Assembly (NCBI GenBank): GCA_052043515.1
Contig: JBQEQX010000001.1
Location: 1,085,726-1,149,725, forward strand
Reading direction: 5' to 3'
Source of the DNA: Ehrlichia sp.
GTDB lineage: Bacteria > Pseudomonadota > Alphaproteobacteria > Rickettsiales > Anaplasmataceae
Length of the DNA stretch: 64,000 bases
The first letter of the stretch is position 1, and each line of letters starts with the position of its first letter. The notes below the pieces were generated by a model. That model was given only the letters and a program-made list of their open reading frames with translations, did no database searches and was not told the DNA's origin. Below are positions 33,952 to 45,411 of this stretch, piece after piece. The translations under genes were made by a program, and so were the position numbers.

Positions 33952-34738
33952 TCATATAAGATTTGCGATTTGACAAAATTGTTTTATTGATAAGTTTTCT
34001 GGACGTAAGTTGTTGTCAATGTTAAGAGATTCTAAGATCTCATCTGCATTATTAGTAAGTTTTTTTAATGTGGTGCGTATCATTTTACGACGTTGATTAA
34101 ATGTTATTTTTAAAACTTGAGATAGTTTATTATGATCTACATAAAATTTAGGTTTAGGTAATACGGCAATATTAATTACAGATGAATGTACTTTAGGTTG
34201 TGGTGAAAATATTTCTGGTCCGAAGTCTTGTATTTTATGTACGTCAGATAGTAATTGAACGAGTATAGATAAAATGCCATAGTTTTTGTTATTTGGTTGT
34301 GCTGTGATGCGATCTGCAACTTCTTTTTGAAACATTAATGTAAAGCTAGTAAAAAAATTTATATAGCTTGTCCATTTCATTAATAGTGCTGTTGCGATAT
34401 GATAAGGCAAGTTAGCTATTATTTTTACTGGAGGTTTTACTACATTTCGTAAATCAATATTCAATGCATCTGATAGTATGAATTCGTATTTTCCTTGAAA
34501 ATCTTTGACTATTTTATCATGAATTGATGATAACCTATTGTCCTTTTCTATAGAAATTAATTTCTTTGGATTCTTTTTTAGTATCGAATGAGTCATCGTG
34601 CCGAGTCCAGGACCTATTTCTATTATTGAATAATCACTTATATTGCCAGCATAATTGACTATTTGGTCTGTAATGTCAGTTGAAGAAATAAAACATTGGC
34701 TTAGTTCTTTTTTTAGGATTTATCTTGCTATAATTCAT
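33952..34738 (-). CDS. rsmA: 16S rRNA adenine dimethyltransferase (1 frameshift, T7 near 34708-34714)
   Basis: [43 protein letters not shown]. Confidence 0.95.
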
Positions 34739-34862
34739 TACATAATCATCAAGTTATTGTTACAGTTAATCATACTGCAAAATGTTATAATTAGATATGT
34801 AGAATATAAGTTTCTGGCTATTGACTTTTATAGTATTATCTGTAGAATTACTAGAAATTCTA

Positions 34863-34935
34863 GCCGGCTTGGCTCAGATGGTTAGAGCGCCTGATTTGTA
34901 ACCAGGAGGTATGAGTTCGATTCTTGTAGCCGGCA
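34863..34935 (+). tRNA. tRNA-Thr(TGT)
   Basis: GCCGGCT/AGCCGGC acceptor stem, D-arm GCTC...GAGC, anticodon loop TTTGTAA, T-loop TTCGATT. Confidence 0.92.
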
Positions 34936-34957
34936 CGTTTTAGTCTTTAGTTATTCT

Positions 34958-35683
34958 ATGTCATTGCTTGTTGTTGCTAATTGGAAAATGTATGGTGACG
35001 CTCTTAGCTTCTCTTCTTTTGTAGAAGGATTAAGTGGTCTATTATCTGATACGAGGGTGTGTGATTTTGAAGTGGTTTTATGTCCTCCTTTTACCGCATT
35101 GTCTGGTTTAGTTAGCGGTGTTCCTAGTATTAAGTTTGGTGGGCAGAATTGTTTCTATGAGATTGAAGGCAGGTATACTGGTGAAATTAGTCCTCAGATG
35201 CTGTATAGTTGCGGGTGCAATTATGTAATAGTTGGACATTCTGAGAGAAGAAATGTATTTCGTGAATCTGATTCCGATGTTCAGTTAAAAGCAAGTTCTG
35301 CTATTAAATCAGGTCTAATACCAATTGTTTGTGTTGGTGAAACTTTAATAGATAGGCAAAATAATATGCTAAAAGATGCTTTGTTAAATCAGTGCTGTAA
35401 TTCTTTCCCTAAGAATGGCAAATTTGTTATAGCATATGAGCCTGTTTGGGCAATAGGGAGTAATAAGATACCTTCTGTTGACATGATAGTTGAGGCTTTG
35501 GATATTATTAGATTATGTAATAGCACATCTAGTATAATATATGGCGGTGCGGTAAATTGTAATAATGTTGTGGAGGTTATGAGCATAGATCAATTATCTG
35601 GTGTTTTGGTTGGTAGTGCTAGTTTGGAATTAAGTGGCTTTTATAATATAATACGTGGTGCTATAAATGTGAGGCGAAACTGA
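34958..35683 (+). CDS. tpiA: triosephosphate isomerase
   Basis: [40 protein letters not shown]. Confidence 0.96.
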   Translation: MSLLVVANWKMYGDALSFSSFVEGLSGLLSDTRVCDFEVVLCPPFTALSGLVSGVPSIKFGGQNCFYEIEGRYTGEISPQMLYSCGCNYVIVGHSERRNVFRESDSDVQLKASSAIKSGLIPIVCVGETLIDRQNNMLKDALLNQCCNSFPKNGKFVIAYEPVWAIGSNKIPSVDMIVEALDIIRLCNSTSSIIYGGAVNCNNVVEVMSIDQLSGVLVGSASLELSGFYNIIRGAINVRRN

Positions 35684-36663
35684 TGAGAAAAATGTTGATT
35701 ACTTCTTTGTGTATTATTGTTGTGTTTTTTAGTAATGCTGTTGCCTCTGTAGGTGATGAAAATGGTAAACAGTATGTTTTGATTGGTACTGGTTCTATGA
35801 CTGGTGTGTATTACCCTATAGGAAATAGCATATGCAAATTTATTGTGAGTGACTATAGTAAAGACAGTAATAAAATTATTTGTTCCATTTCCTCTACTAC
35901 TGGTAGTGTGTACAATTTGAATTCTATACGTTATTCAAATATGGATATAAGTATTGTTCAGTCAGATTTAGAGTATTATGCATATAATGGTCTTGGTTTT
36001 TATGAGAAAATGCCTCCAATGGACAATTTAAGATTATTATCGTCATTGCATAGAGAGTATCTTACTGTTGTTGTTAGAAAAAACTCAAATATATCGGTGA
36101 TCGATGACATTAAGGGTAAAAGAATAAATATAGGTAGTCCTGGTACTGGTGTAAGAGTGGCAATGCTCAAGTTGCTAAATGAGAAAGGTTGGAGTAGAAA
36201 GGATTTTTCTGTTATGGCAGAATTAAAATCTTCAGAGCAAGCTCAAGCTTTATGTGATAATAAGATTGATGTAATGGTGGATATGATTGGACATCCCAGT
36301 GCTTTGATTCAGGAAGCGTCAGCAACTTGTGCAATAACATTTGTTCCTTTAGATGATAAATTGATTGATGATTTACATACTAAGTACCCTTATTATCAAA
36401 AGGATGTTATTAATGGTAGTTTGTATAATAGTTCACAGGATGTACAAACTATATCGGTAAAGGCATCTTTGGTTGTGACCACTGACTTGAGTGATGATTT
36501 AGCGTATAGAATTGTAAAATCTCTGGTAACACATATTAATGAACTTCGTGGTATTGCTGGGGCTTTAAAGGCTCTTACCATAAAAGATATGGTTAGGTCA
36601 GATGTTTTACCTTTACATGATGGTGCTAAGCGTTACTATGAAGAGATTGGGGCTATAGAATAG
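35683..36663 (+). CDS. TAXI-family TRAP transporter solute-binding protein
   Basis: [39 protein letters not shown]. Confidence 0.93.
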   Translation: MRKMLITSLCIIVVFFSNAVASVGDENGKQYVLIGTGSMTGVYYPIGNSICKFIVSDYSKDSNKIICSISSTTGSVYNLNSIRYSNMDISIVQSDLEYYAYNGLGFYEKMPPMDNLRLLSSLHREYLTVVVRKNSNISVIDDIKGKRINIGSPGTGVRVAMLKLLNEKGWSRKDFSVMAELKSSEQAQALCDNKIDVMVDMIGHPSALIQEASATCAITFVPLDDKLIDDLHTKYPYYQKDVINGSLYNSSQDVQTISVKASLVVTTDLSDDLAYRIVKSLVTHINELRGIAGALKALTIKDMVRSDVLPLHDGAKRYYEEIGAIE

Positions 36664-36683
36664 CAGTATGTTATGACAATTAC

Positions 36684-37716
36684 ATGGTAAAAACAGTATT
36701 GGCAATAGAGACAAGTTGCGATGAGACTGCTGTTGCTATTGTGAATAGTGATAAGGAAGTTTTGTCACACAAGGTTCTTTCGCAGAGTGAACATATTCCT
36801 TATGGTGGCGTTGTACCGGAGATTGCGTCTCGTGCTCATATTAATTATTTGTATGGATTAATTATTAACTGTTTAGAAGAATCAAGATTTTGTTTAGAAA
36901 ATATAGATGCTGTTGCTGTTACGGCTGGACCTGGACTTATTGGTGGTTTAATAGTGGGAATAATGGTGGCCAAAGGGATTTCTAGTGTGATTAATAAACC
37001 TATAATTGAAATAAATCACTTGGAGGCTCATGCCCTGGTTATTCGTATGTTTTATGAAGTTGACTTTCCTTTTTTTAGTATTGATAATATCCGGAGGACA
37101 TTGTCAATTTTTAATAGCTTATGATGTAGGGCATTATTGCAAGCTAGGTTCTTCTTTAGATGATTCATTGGGGGAGGTTTTTGACAAGGTTGCGAAAATG
37201 CTAAATCTAGAATATCCTGGAGGTCCAATAATTGAGGAAAAATCTTTAATGGGTAATAGCAAGAGTTTTATTTTACCGCGAGCGTTAACTCATCGTTCTG
37301 GTTGTGATTTTTCTTTTTCTGGGATTAAAACTGCTGTAAGGAATATTATTGCAAATCAGCAGTGTATAGATCATAACTTAGTATGTGATATTTCAGCATC
37401 TTTTCAAGATTGTGTTGGTGATATCTTGGTCAACAGAATTAGAAATGCGATGCTGATGTCAGAATCCATAGATCACAGGATTAATAAATTGGTAATTACT
37501 GGAGGAGTTGCATCTAATAAACAGCTACGTAATCGTATGCTAGTGTGTGCACATGACAATAGTTTTGAAATATTGTATCCTCCTAGCGAGTTATGTACTG
37601 ACAATGGAGTTATGGTTGGATGGGCAGGTATTGAAAATTTAGCTAAGGGCTATGTTTCAGATTTAGATTTTGCACCAAAAGCAAGATGGCCTTTAGAAAA
37701 TTTACAAAGATTATGA
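36684..37716 (+). CDS. tsaD: tRNA threonylcarbamoyltransferase TsaD (1 frameshift)
   Basis: IETSCDET, GGVVPEIASRAH, NHLEAH, SGGH, GGVASN, CTDNGVMV. Confidence 0.96.
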
Positions 37717-38219
37717 ATTTCTGTAAAAGCTGTTTGTGACTTTTGGAAGATACGCATAGTTATCGAATATAAGTATAATGAAAGTAGCGATTTGATAAGA
37801 ATGTTCTTGACACGCACATCTTTTCTGTCCCTGGATTATTGCATATTAAAAATAATACCATTGGAGTATTTAGTAAATATTCATTAGAGAATTCTAATAT
37901 TTGAAGTAGTACACTTCAGTATGCAACTCCAATGGGTAGAGTAAAAAAGTTACTAACATAGCTTATGTAAAAATACATGTGTAGGCAGTTACTTACGTGG
38001 TTAGGCATTCTAATATAAGAATACATAAATCATAAAAATATAAATGCAAGTACAATTCCATTGTAAGAGATACAACATAAATTAATAATGCAGACATATA
38101 TACTATTTTGCAATAATACAGATAAATAATGTAGAATTATATCTTAAATAACAATATGTTATAAATATAACTTAAAGCATTTAATTAAGACTTAAAAATA
38201 TGTAATATAGATTTTTTAT

Positions 38220-38805
38220 TCAATTGTTATTATGAGAATTTTTTAAACTTGCATTGGTTACCACAACAGTATTTGCAATCTTGTCATGCCACGTTTGTTT
38301 ACGTTTATTAAAATTACACCATAATATTCCTAGACATAACGGAATACAGGAAAGAAAAGCTGCAAAAACACGCTTTGTTGATTGAGATGGTGTTATTTTT
38401 TTGAAAGTTTGTTGCATTCACCACTCTTAATCCTGTAATAAATTTTCCTGGTGTTGCTGAGAATTTGACCCAACTGTACGTGACATATACGTATAACACA
38501 ATCATCTGAATAACCTGTCCGAGAATGACTTTATAAATGTATATGTTTTTGAGATGTGTTTCCTGTTGGGTTAACGATACATTCATCTTGTATTTTTCTA
38601 TGATTTTTATCATTACGCTATCTTCTTGTTTATATATGACGAAATACGAATATACATTGTGTATTATTTGCAAGATGAATATCAAAATTATTAAATCTAT
38701 TAATATACTACTGAACCTTCTTACTCCTCCTGAATAACATATGCCGTTTTGTGTTTGATTTTGTCCGTTTTTTTTTAAAAAAGGTAAGTATTTATATAAA
38801 AACAT
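38220..38805 (-). CDS. RDD family membrane protein (1 frameshift)
   Basis: RRFSSILID, ATPGK...GLRVV, KQTWHDKIANTVV. Confidence 0.88.
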
Positions 38806-38995
38806 TTTGCAATACTCTAAGATATATTTTGATACTGATATTTATACTATATGCAGTTAAATACAAATAATATTTATAAAAAATAGAGGTCAATATCAGC
38901 AAAGTTTATTATAAAGTAAGACTTATCTGATGTTGTTATTGAAAATTTATAATGCGGTAGTGTATATTTTATATAATATTTAAAGGTATGTGTAA

Positions 38996-39355
38996 GTGAA
39001 AATACAAATTAATGGATTAGTTATTTACTGTCGTGTAGGTATTAGATGTTGGGAAAGAGTGTTGAAACAAAAAGTAATAATAGATTGTGAGTTGACTGTT
39101 AAGCAGTCGTGTGATTCTATTCGTGATATTGGTAATACTATTGATTATAGCGCGTTTAAAAATAGGTTGGTTGATTTTGTAAATACAGCTAATTTCACGT
39201 TGCTAGAAACAATGGCATCGGATTTGCTCTCTTATATTATAAGGGATGAAAAAATTTGTCATTGTTATTTAAAGTTGTATAAACCTCTTGCACTTGAAAA
39301 GAATGCTAATGTTAGTATTATAGTAGAATCTAACAAAATTGAAAACTCAGATTAG
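38996..39355 (+). CDS. folB: dihydroneopterin aldolase
   Basis: VGI..WER..KQKV.ID, TIDYS, LLET, LYKP. Confidence 0.88.
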   Translation: MKIQINGLVIYCRVGIRCWERVLKQKVIIDCELTVKQSCDSIRDIGNTIDYSAFKNRLVDFVNTANFTLLETMASDLLSYIIRDEKICHCYLKLYKPLALEKNANVSIIVESNKIENSD

Positions 39356-39422
39356 TATTTAAGTGTTGTTATATGTTTTATAATTGGCTAAACTTCATTA
39401 GTCTTTATGGTAGGGTTAAAAT

Positions 39423-40365
39423 ATGATTAAGCGTAAAAAAATTGCTCTCATTGGTGCGGGTAATATTGGAGGTATGATAGCATATTTAAGTAGATTGAAA
39501 AATTTGGGAGATATAGTTTTATTAGATGTTAATGATGGGTTGGCTAAGGGAAAAGCTCTTGATATGGCTCAATCTTCTGCTGTAGGAAGGTATGGAGGAG
39601 AGATATTTGGTACAAATAATTATGCTGATATTGAGAATGCTGATGCAATTGTTGTAACTGCAGGGATAGCTAGAAGACCAGGTATGAGCCGTGATGATTT
39701 AATTAATACCAATGTAAATATTATAAAAGAAATAGGAGTCAATATTAAGAAATATGCTCCTAATGCATTTGTCATTGTAGTTACTAATCCGCTCGATGTT
39801 ATAGTTTTAGCTATGTATAAATATTCGAATTTACCAAGTAATATGGTTGTTGGGATGGCTGGTATACTTGATGCAGCAAGGTTTTCTTATTTTATTGCAA
39901 AAGAACTAAATATTTCAGTAGATAATGTTAACTCTTTAGTGTTAGGCGGACACGGAGATATGATGTTACCTTTAATTAGATATTCATCAGCTAGTGGCGT
40001 GTCTATTGCGGATTTAATAAAAATAGGTACAATTGCACAAAGTAAAGTTGATGAAATTATAGAAAAGACTAGAAGGGGAGGAGAGGAAGTAGTAGGTTTG
40101 CTAAAAACAGGATCAGCTTATTATGCTCCTGCTGAATCTGCTGTATTGATGCTTGATTCGTATTTAAATGATAAAAAGGTTAATACTATCTTGCTCGGCT
40201 TACTTAAAAGGTGAATACGGAGTACATGATCTGTTTATAGGTGTTCCTGTCGTTATTGGAAAAAATGGAATAGAAGAAATAATAGAGTTACAATTAACTG
40301 AGGAAGAAAATAGTATATTTAATAACTCTATCAACTTAATAAAAAATTTAGTGAGTAGTATTTAA
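39423..40365 (+). CDS. mdh: malate dehydrogenase (1 frameshift)
   Basis: [39 protein letters not shown]. Confidence 0.97.
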
Positions 40366-40803
40366 TTACTAAGTGCATAAACAGTGTTATTTATAAGATA
40401 TATCACAAAGCATGCCATAGAAAGTTTTTGATCAATTATGGTGTGTACCTGTATACACAAAATAAGATAATTTGTTAATGAATCAACGTACGAAAATGGT
40501 AAACAGTGACTACAAATAAAGTTATGGCTTGTGCCTATATCATGCATTGTAACATAAGCAAGGCATTAGATATCCATCAATTATTATATATAACAAAAAT
40601 GACTATTGTAAATGGAGTATGACACTTAAAAAAGTATAATAATTGTTTTTTTAAGAAATGTAAATGTAGTATATTAATATGAATTAATTATTTCTGAAAG
40701 GCATGTTTTTATAGGTAAATTTTGTGATGTTTTCTTTGCTATCAAATCAAAAGTAAGTTAGCATGCTTCACTCACTATATTAGTATTTTTATGTTTTTTG
40801 GTT

Positions 40804-41767
40804 ATGTGGCTCAGACCCAAATTTTAGGTAAGTTAAAAAAAAGAAAATAAGAAAAACAGTCGTGATCTTTATGATCTTTTTAAATCTGTTGCAGTAGCTT
40901 TTGGGAAAGTTGCAACTAACAAAAAATATGAAGAAGCTTTTGGTATACCGAAGGAACAGCAGGTGTCTGTTGCCTTTAATTATGCGTATGCTTTAGATAG
41001 TGGTTGTGATTTGAGGGTATTGAACATTGATAGAGGAAGTCCAGATTTTATATCTCAAGAAGTAGTGTACACGGTAACAATGTAATCTGGAATCAATAAG
41101 TTGTGGATTAATGGACTATTACAGATCAAAAATCAAAGTAAAACATTTTACTAAAGAAGAAAAACTTGCACACACGAGAATTATAAGAAACGATGAGAAA
41201 GGTGTTTTAAGAGTCTATTCTAAAATATATGATACGTCAGGTTACACTGGAAAAACTTTTGAAGAATGTGTTGCTTATGCCATATCTCTTCAAGGAGAGT
41301 TGGTAACATGTCAACATTGTATAAAAATACATAGTAATTATGAATACAGTCGTCGTGCTTACTCATTTTTCCATTCAACATTATTGTCATGTATGCCAGG
41401 CATATGTTTTGGTATGATCAAAATCAAAAAAAGGAAGAATTCGCTATAAACAATCATAGTGGGCGCTACATGCCCACTTGCGCGCATTTATACAACGCTG
41501 TGGAGGCTTACGTGGAGTTGCTCAAGATTGTATTGTAGAATGTTTTCACATTAACTCAGACCTAAAGTTAGAAGGGGAAAGGTACAATTACGAGGACTTT
41601 TTTAAGAACAAAAAAAAGGACACAAAGAAAAATACTTCTCCATGGTAAAAGAAAGAAGCGAACTATACAACGAACCACTGACTACAAACAGAAATTCACA
41701 GCGTAACAACAAAGAATCCAACCAGGAAGTAAAGACCATGTACTCACACCAGCAACTACAAGAATAA
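40804..41767 (+). pseudogene. decayed gene with HSTLL...PGICFGMIKIKKGRI..NNHSGRYMP motif
   Basis: Coding-like fragments interrupted by stops and indels not all in homopolymers (TAA ~41083, apparent dinucleotide loss near 41445, TAG ~41536). Confidence 0.5.
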
Positions 41768-41816
41768 GTATTGCACGATAGCGAACAAGAAACACCAAGA
41801 GATGGTATACTTTTAT

Positions 41817-42056
41817 CTACTCACACGCAATATGATTCCTATATATCTCGGAAAATAAATCTTCGTATACCTCTATCTTTTTTATAAATTTTGTCGTATG
41901 AGATAGCATGTAAGAGAACTGATCTTCTGCGATTAAGTTAGATTCGAAAGCTTCTATTATATTTTTTCTAAACGAAGATGCATAAGACTTTATGTTGTTT
42001 AGGTATGACAAAGTGCACCTTACTATATTTTCTGAATTTTCTTTTTCTTGATTCAT
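41817..42056 (-). CDS. small hypothetical protein
   Basis: 79-aa ATG ORF with protein-like composition filling an otherwise intergenic gap. Confidence 0.65.
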   Translation of the reverse strand: MNQEKENSENIVRCTLSYLNNIKSYASSFRKNIIEAFESNLIAEDQFSYMLSHTTKFIKKIEVYEDLFSEIYRNHIACE

Positions 42057-42210
42057 ACAGACTTAGACTTCAACTATATAATAACTACATTTACACCATT
42101 TTCTTGAGATTGTAAAGAGAAATCTTAGCGCTTAGGTTGTATAGTTTTATGATATTGACTTTTTCATATTATTTCATATAAATATTGAATCATGTTCAAT
42201 TGTATTAATT

Positions 42211-42651
42211 ATGCAGAAAATTTTTATTTCTTCTGATCATGCTGGGCTAGAATTAAGGCTAGCTATTAGGTTGTATTTGGAAAGTTTATGTTATGTAGTA
42301 GAGGATTATGGTTGTATTGATCATGATGTTCCTGTAGATTACCCAGATTATGTGCAAGATGTTGTTAGACAAGTTATTAGTACTTTAGGATTTGGTGTTT
42401 TGATATGTGGTACAGGTGTTGGAATGAGCATTGTAGCAAACCGTTATAAGAAAATTAGGGCGGCGTTATGCTATAATCCTGAGGTAGCTAGGTTGGCACG
42501 TGAGCATAATGATGCTAATGTACTTTGTCTTGGGGCTAGATATGTCAGTTTACAGGAAGCTCAATCTATAGCACATAGATTCCTGAATACAAAGTTTTCT
42601 GGAGGAAGACATATACAAAGGGTAGAAAAAATAGATCTGATTTATGAATAA
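42211..42651 (+). CDS. rpiB: ribose-5-phosphate isomerase B
   Basis: SDHAG, VDYPD, ICGTGVGMSI.AN, AREHNDANVL, FSGGRH. Confidence 0.97.
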   Translation: MQKIFISSDHAGLELRLAIRLYLESLCYVVEDYGCIDHDVPVDYPDYVQDVVRQVISTLGFGVLICGTGVGMSIVANRYKKIRAALCYNPEVARLAREHNDANVLCLGARYVSLQEAQSIAHRFLNTKFSGGRHIQRVEKIDLIYE

Positions 42652-43360
42652 AACAGTCAATGAGAGTGAGTTATTAAAATTTTCTAAGATAGCTGATAAA
42701 TGGTGGGATGAGGAAGGGCCATTAAAAGCCCTGCATAGAATCCATCCTTTGAGAATGAAATATATTATTGACTACATAACTAAGGTTATGCCTGACACTG
42801 ACTTTAAATCTCTGTCAGTTCTTGATGTAGGGTGTGGTGGTGGATTGCTGTCGGAATCAATTGCTCGTTTAGGTATGAAAGTTGTTGCCATAGATGCTAG
42901 TGAAGAAAATATCAATGTTGCTAGAAAACATGCTATGGGACGTAATTTACATAATTTGAGTTATCATTGTATGACTATAGAAGATTTAGTTAATGCTGAA
43001 AAAAAGTATAATATTATCACTGTTATGGAAGTAGTTGAACATGTTGATAACCTGCCAATGTTTATGAAAAGTGTATGTAGTGTATTAGATAGTAATGGCA
43101 TAATATTTTTGTCTACATTGAATCGGACTATAAGGTCTTTGTTATATGCAGTAATAGGTGCAGAGTACATTTTGAAATTAGTTCCTTGTGGTACTCACCG
43201 ATGGCATAAATTTGTTAAACCTTCGGAAATTGCAAATTTATTTCTGTGTAATAATATATCCTTAAAAGAAATTATGGGGGTAAGTTTTAATGCGATAAAA
43301 AATTGCTGGCAGTTATCTGAAGATATTTCTGTAAACTATATTCTAGCAGCGCAAAAGTAG
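42644..43360 (+). CDS. ubiG: ubiquinone biosynthesis O-methyltransferase
   Basis: WWDEEGP...LH, LDVGCGGG, EVVEHV, STLNR, GTH.W.KFVKP. Confidence 0.96.
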   Translation: MNKTVNESELLKFSKIADKWWDEEGPLKALHRIHPLRMKYIIDYITKVMPDTDFKSLSVLDVGCGGGLLSESIARLGMKVVAIDASEENINVARKHAMGRNLHNLSYHCMTIEDLVNAEKKYNIITVMEVVEHVDNLPMFMKSVCSVLDSNGIIFLSTLNRTIRSLLYAVIGAEYILKLVPCGTHRWHKFVKPSEIANLFLCNNISLKEIMGVSFNAIKNCWQLSEDISVNYILAAQK

Positions 43361-43562
43361 AAATATAGCGGTTCAGTTTTAAATAATAGTTTTTTTAGTA
43401 TGCGTGTTTTTTATAAAATAATATAGTTAGTTTCATTACTGATATAGCATGAGTGTTGTTATTATAGAACACTTATAAAGGTGTAACGCACTTAAAATAG
43501 CGAGCGCTATATCGTATCAGAATTCTTGTGTAACTTAGCAAAAAAGGGTATGGCAGAAAAAC

Positions 43563-43969
43563 TTAGGTTCTTTTACTGTAAAGAAGCTTTACTATTAAAA
43601 AATACTCCCATTCCAAAAATAAAAGTAGGAAATATCCATAGTAAATAAGTGTGTAAGTTATAAGGAGGAATAATAATTATTTGATTACCATAGTTATCCC
43701 GTAATTCACTAATTATTTGGCCATCATCATAACCATTTGTAATTTTGTCGCGTATTACCATGCGCATATCACGAGCCAATTGTGATTGTGATTCATAAAC
43801 GGATTCTCCAGAACAAATCAAACATCTCACTATTTTAAACAAATTAACTGCACGCAATTCCATGTTACTATCAGTAAATTTTTCATCTATCGAAAAAAGA
43901 GTGAGCAGAAAAACACGTTAATATCAATATCAATGTTATAATGAATATTGAATTACTTTTTAGTTTCAT
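43563..43969 (-). CDS. ccmH: cytochrome c biogenesis protein CcmH/CycL (2 frameshifts)
   Basis: Signal peptide, VRCLICSGESV.ESQS.LA.DMR, YG..I...P, LLW. Confidence 0.88.
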
Positions 43970-43980
43970 GATTCTCTAAC

Positions 43981-45028
43981 CTACTTGTTATATACTCTAA
44001 TTTACTAACGAAATCCTTATAGGGAATTTGTCCTATAAACAAGTCAAAAGGATTAAGTTTTTCATTTATTGATAGAACAATACTATCACTACCTTTTTTT
44101 TAGATATCGTATATATATACTCCTGTAAGGCGGAGTGGAATTTATCATTATGTTTTGACTTACTATAAAAGGTTTCTATTAGTCGTTTAATAAAACTTTT
44201 ATAATTACTTATTTCAATGGTTAGTTCTCCATCGTCAATTTTACTATCTACAGAAAGAGGAAGTGATAACCTTCCATATGCTGATGCCAGCGAATCTTTA
44301 AGTTTTAAGGATATATTATCCACGTCTACATCAATTTGTTTGAATTCAATATCTGACATAATTAAAGTCATCACAGTGTTTTTTATTATTAAGTTCATGT
44401 TAGTATTTACATTACCCAAGATTTGAGCATTTATCTTATACTGCAATTTGATTAATAAGTTATCTAGAGATTTTAATTCATTAGTTTCAATTGAGAGTAA
44501 ACTTTTTTCTATAGTATTATTGTTACCATTACAACTGATACCACCGTCTTCATATACTAAGGAGGTAAAATATGCTCTTCTTTCACTTTTGTTCTTTAAT
44601 AGTGAAAGTAATAGATTTTCAGCTGGTTTAACTGATAACCTAAACTTATCATTCAATTTACAGTGTAACATATTTACTGGACTGTCCTTTGTAATCTTTA
44701 CTAAATTTTTTAACATTAATGTAAGATCTGATCCTAATATCTCTAATATGTTGTCCAATATATGATATTCTATTGATAACGATGGAATTGCTATATCTAG
44801 GTTTGATGAAGGTGGATTGATTTTGACATTTAACACTTTGATTTTTGGAATAAAAGGGAAGCCTGTAATTTCGATATGACCGTCGTACGCTATATTAATG
44901 TGTGTAAAAGATTTTGATATTGTTGCTTTTACTTGAGTTGCTATAACAAGCCAAATTCCTACATATAAGGATGAGAGTAATGCAAAGATTACTGACGGTA
45001 CTATAATTAGCTTTCTGTTAAATTTCAT
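43981..45028 (-). CDS. N-terminally anchored periplasmic hypothetical protein (DUF2125-like) (1 frameshift)
   Basis: TM anchor with Y.G.W, ITGFPF motif, beta-rich body. Confidence 0.6.
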
Positions 45029-45039
45029 TTTCTAACCAA

Positions 45040-45402
45040 TTAACTATTTTTTACGAATGAGATATTACGAGTTTCGCTAGGTAAAATTACACATAGTCCA
45101 TCAAGCTCTTTTGTTAAAATAATTTGACATCCAAGGCGAGAGGTATCTGTTAGTCCAAATGCTAAGTCAAGCATATCATTTTCTTCATCAGAAATTTCAT
45201 TATGTTGTTCAACAATACTGTACCAGCTTGGATCGATTATTACATGACAAGTCGAACATGCTAGAGAACCTTCACATGCACCTTCTAAATCTACATTGTT
45301 TCTATGTGCTAAGCTTAATAGTGTCTCTCCATCATATGCTTCATATGTTTTCTTGCTCCCATCTGGTGAAATGAATGTTACTAATGGCACATTATACTCC
45401 AT
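45040..45402 (-). CDS. fdx: ISC 2Fe-2S ferredoxin
   Basis: [28 protein letters not shown]. Confidence 0.96.
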   Translation of the reverse strand: MEYNVPLVTFISPDGSKKTYEAYDGETLLSLAHRNNVDLEGACEGSLACSTCHVIIDPSWYSIVEQHNEISDEENDMLDLAFGLTDTSRLGCQIILTKELDGLCVILPSETRNISFVKNS

Positions 45403-45411
45403 ATATATAAG

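Noticed and set aside
34655..34885. 76-aa plus-strand ORF
   Set aside because: Antisense to the repaired rsmA 5' end and overlaps tRNA-Thr
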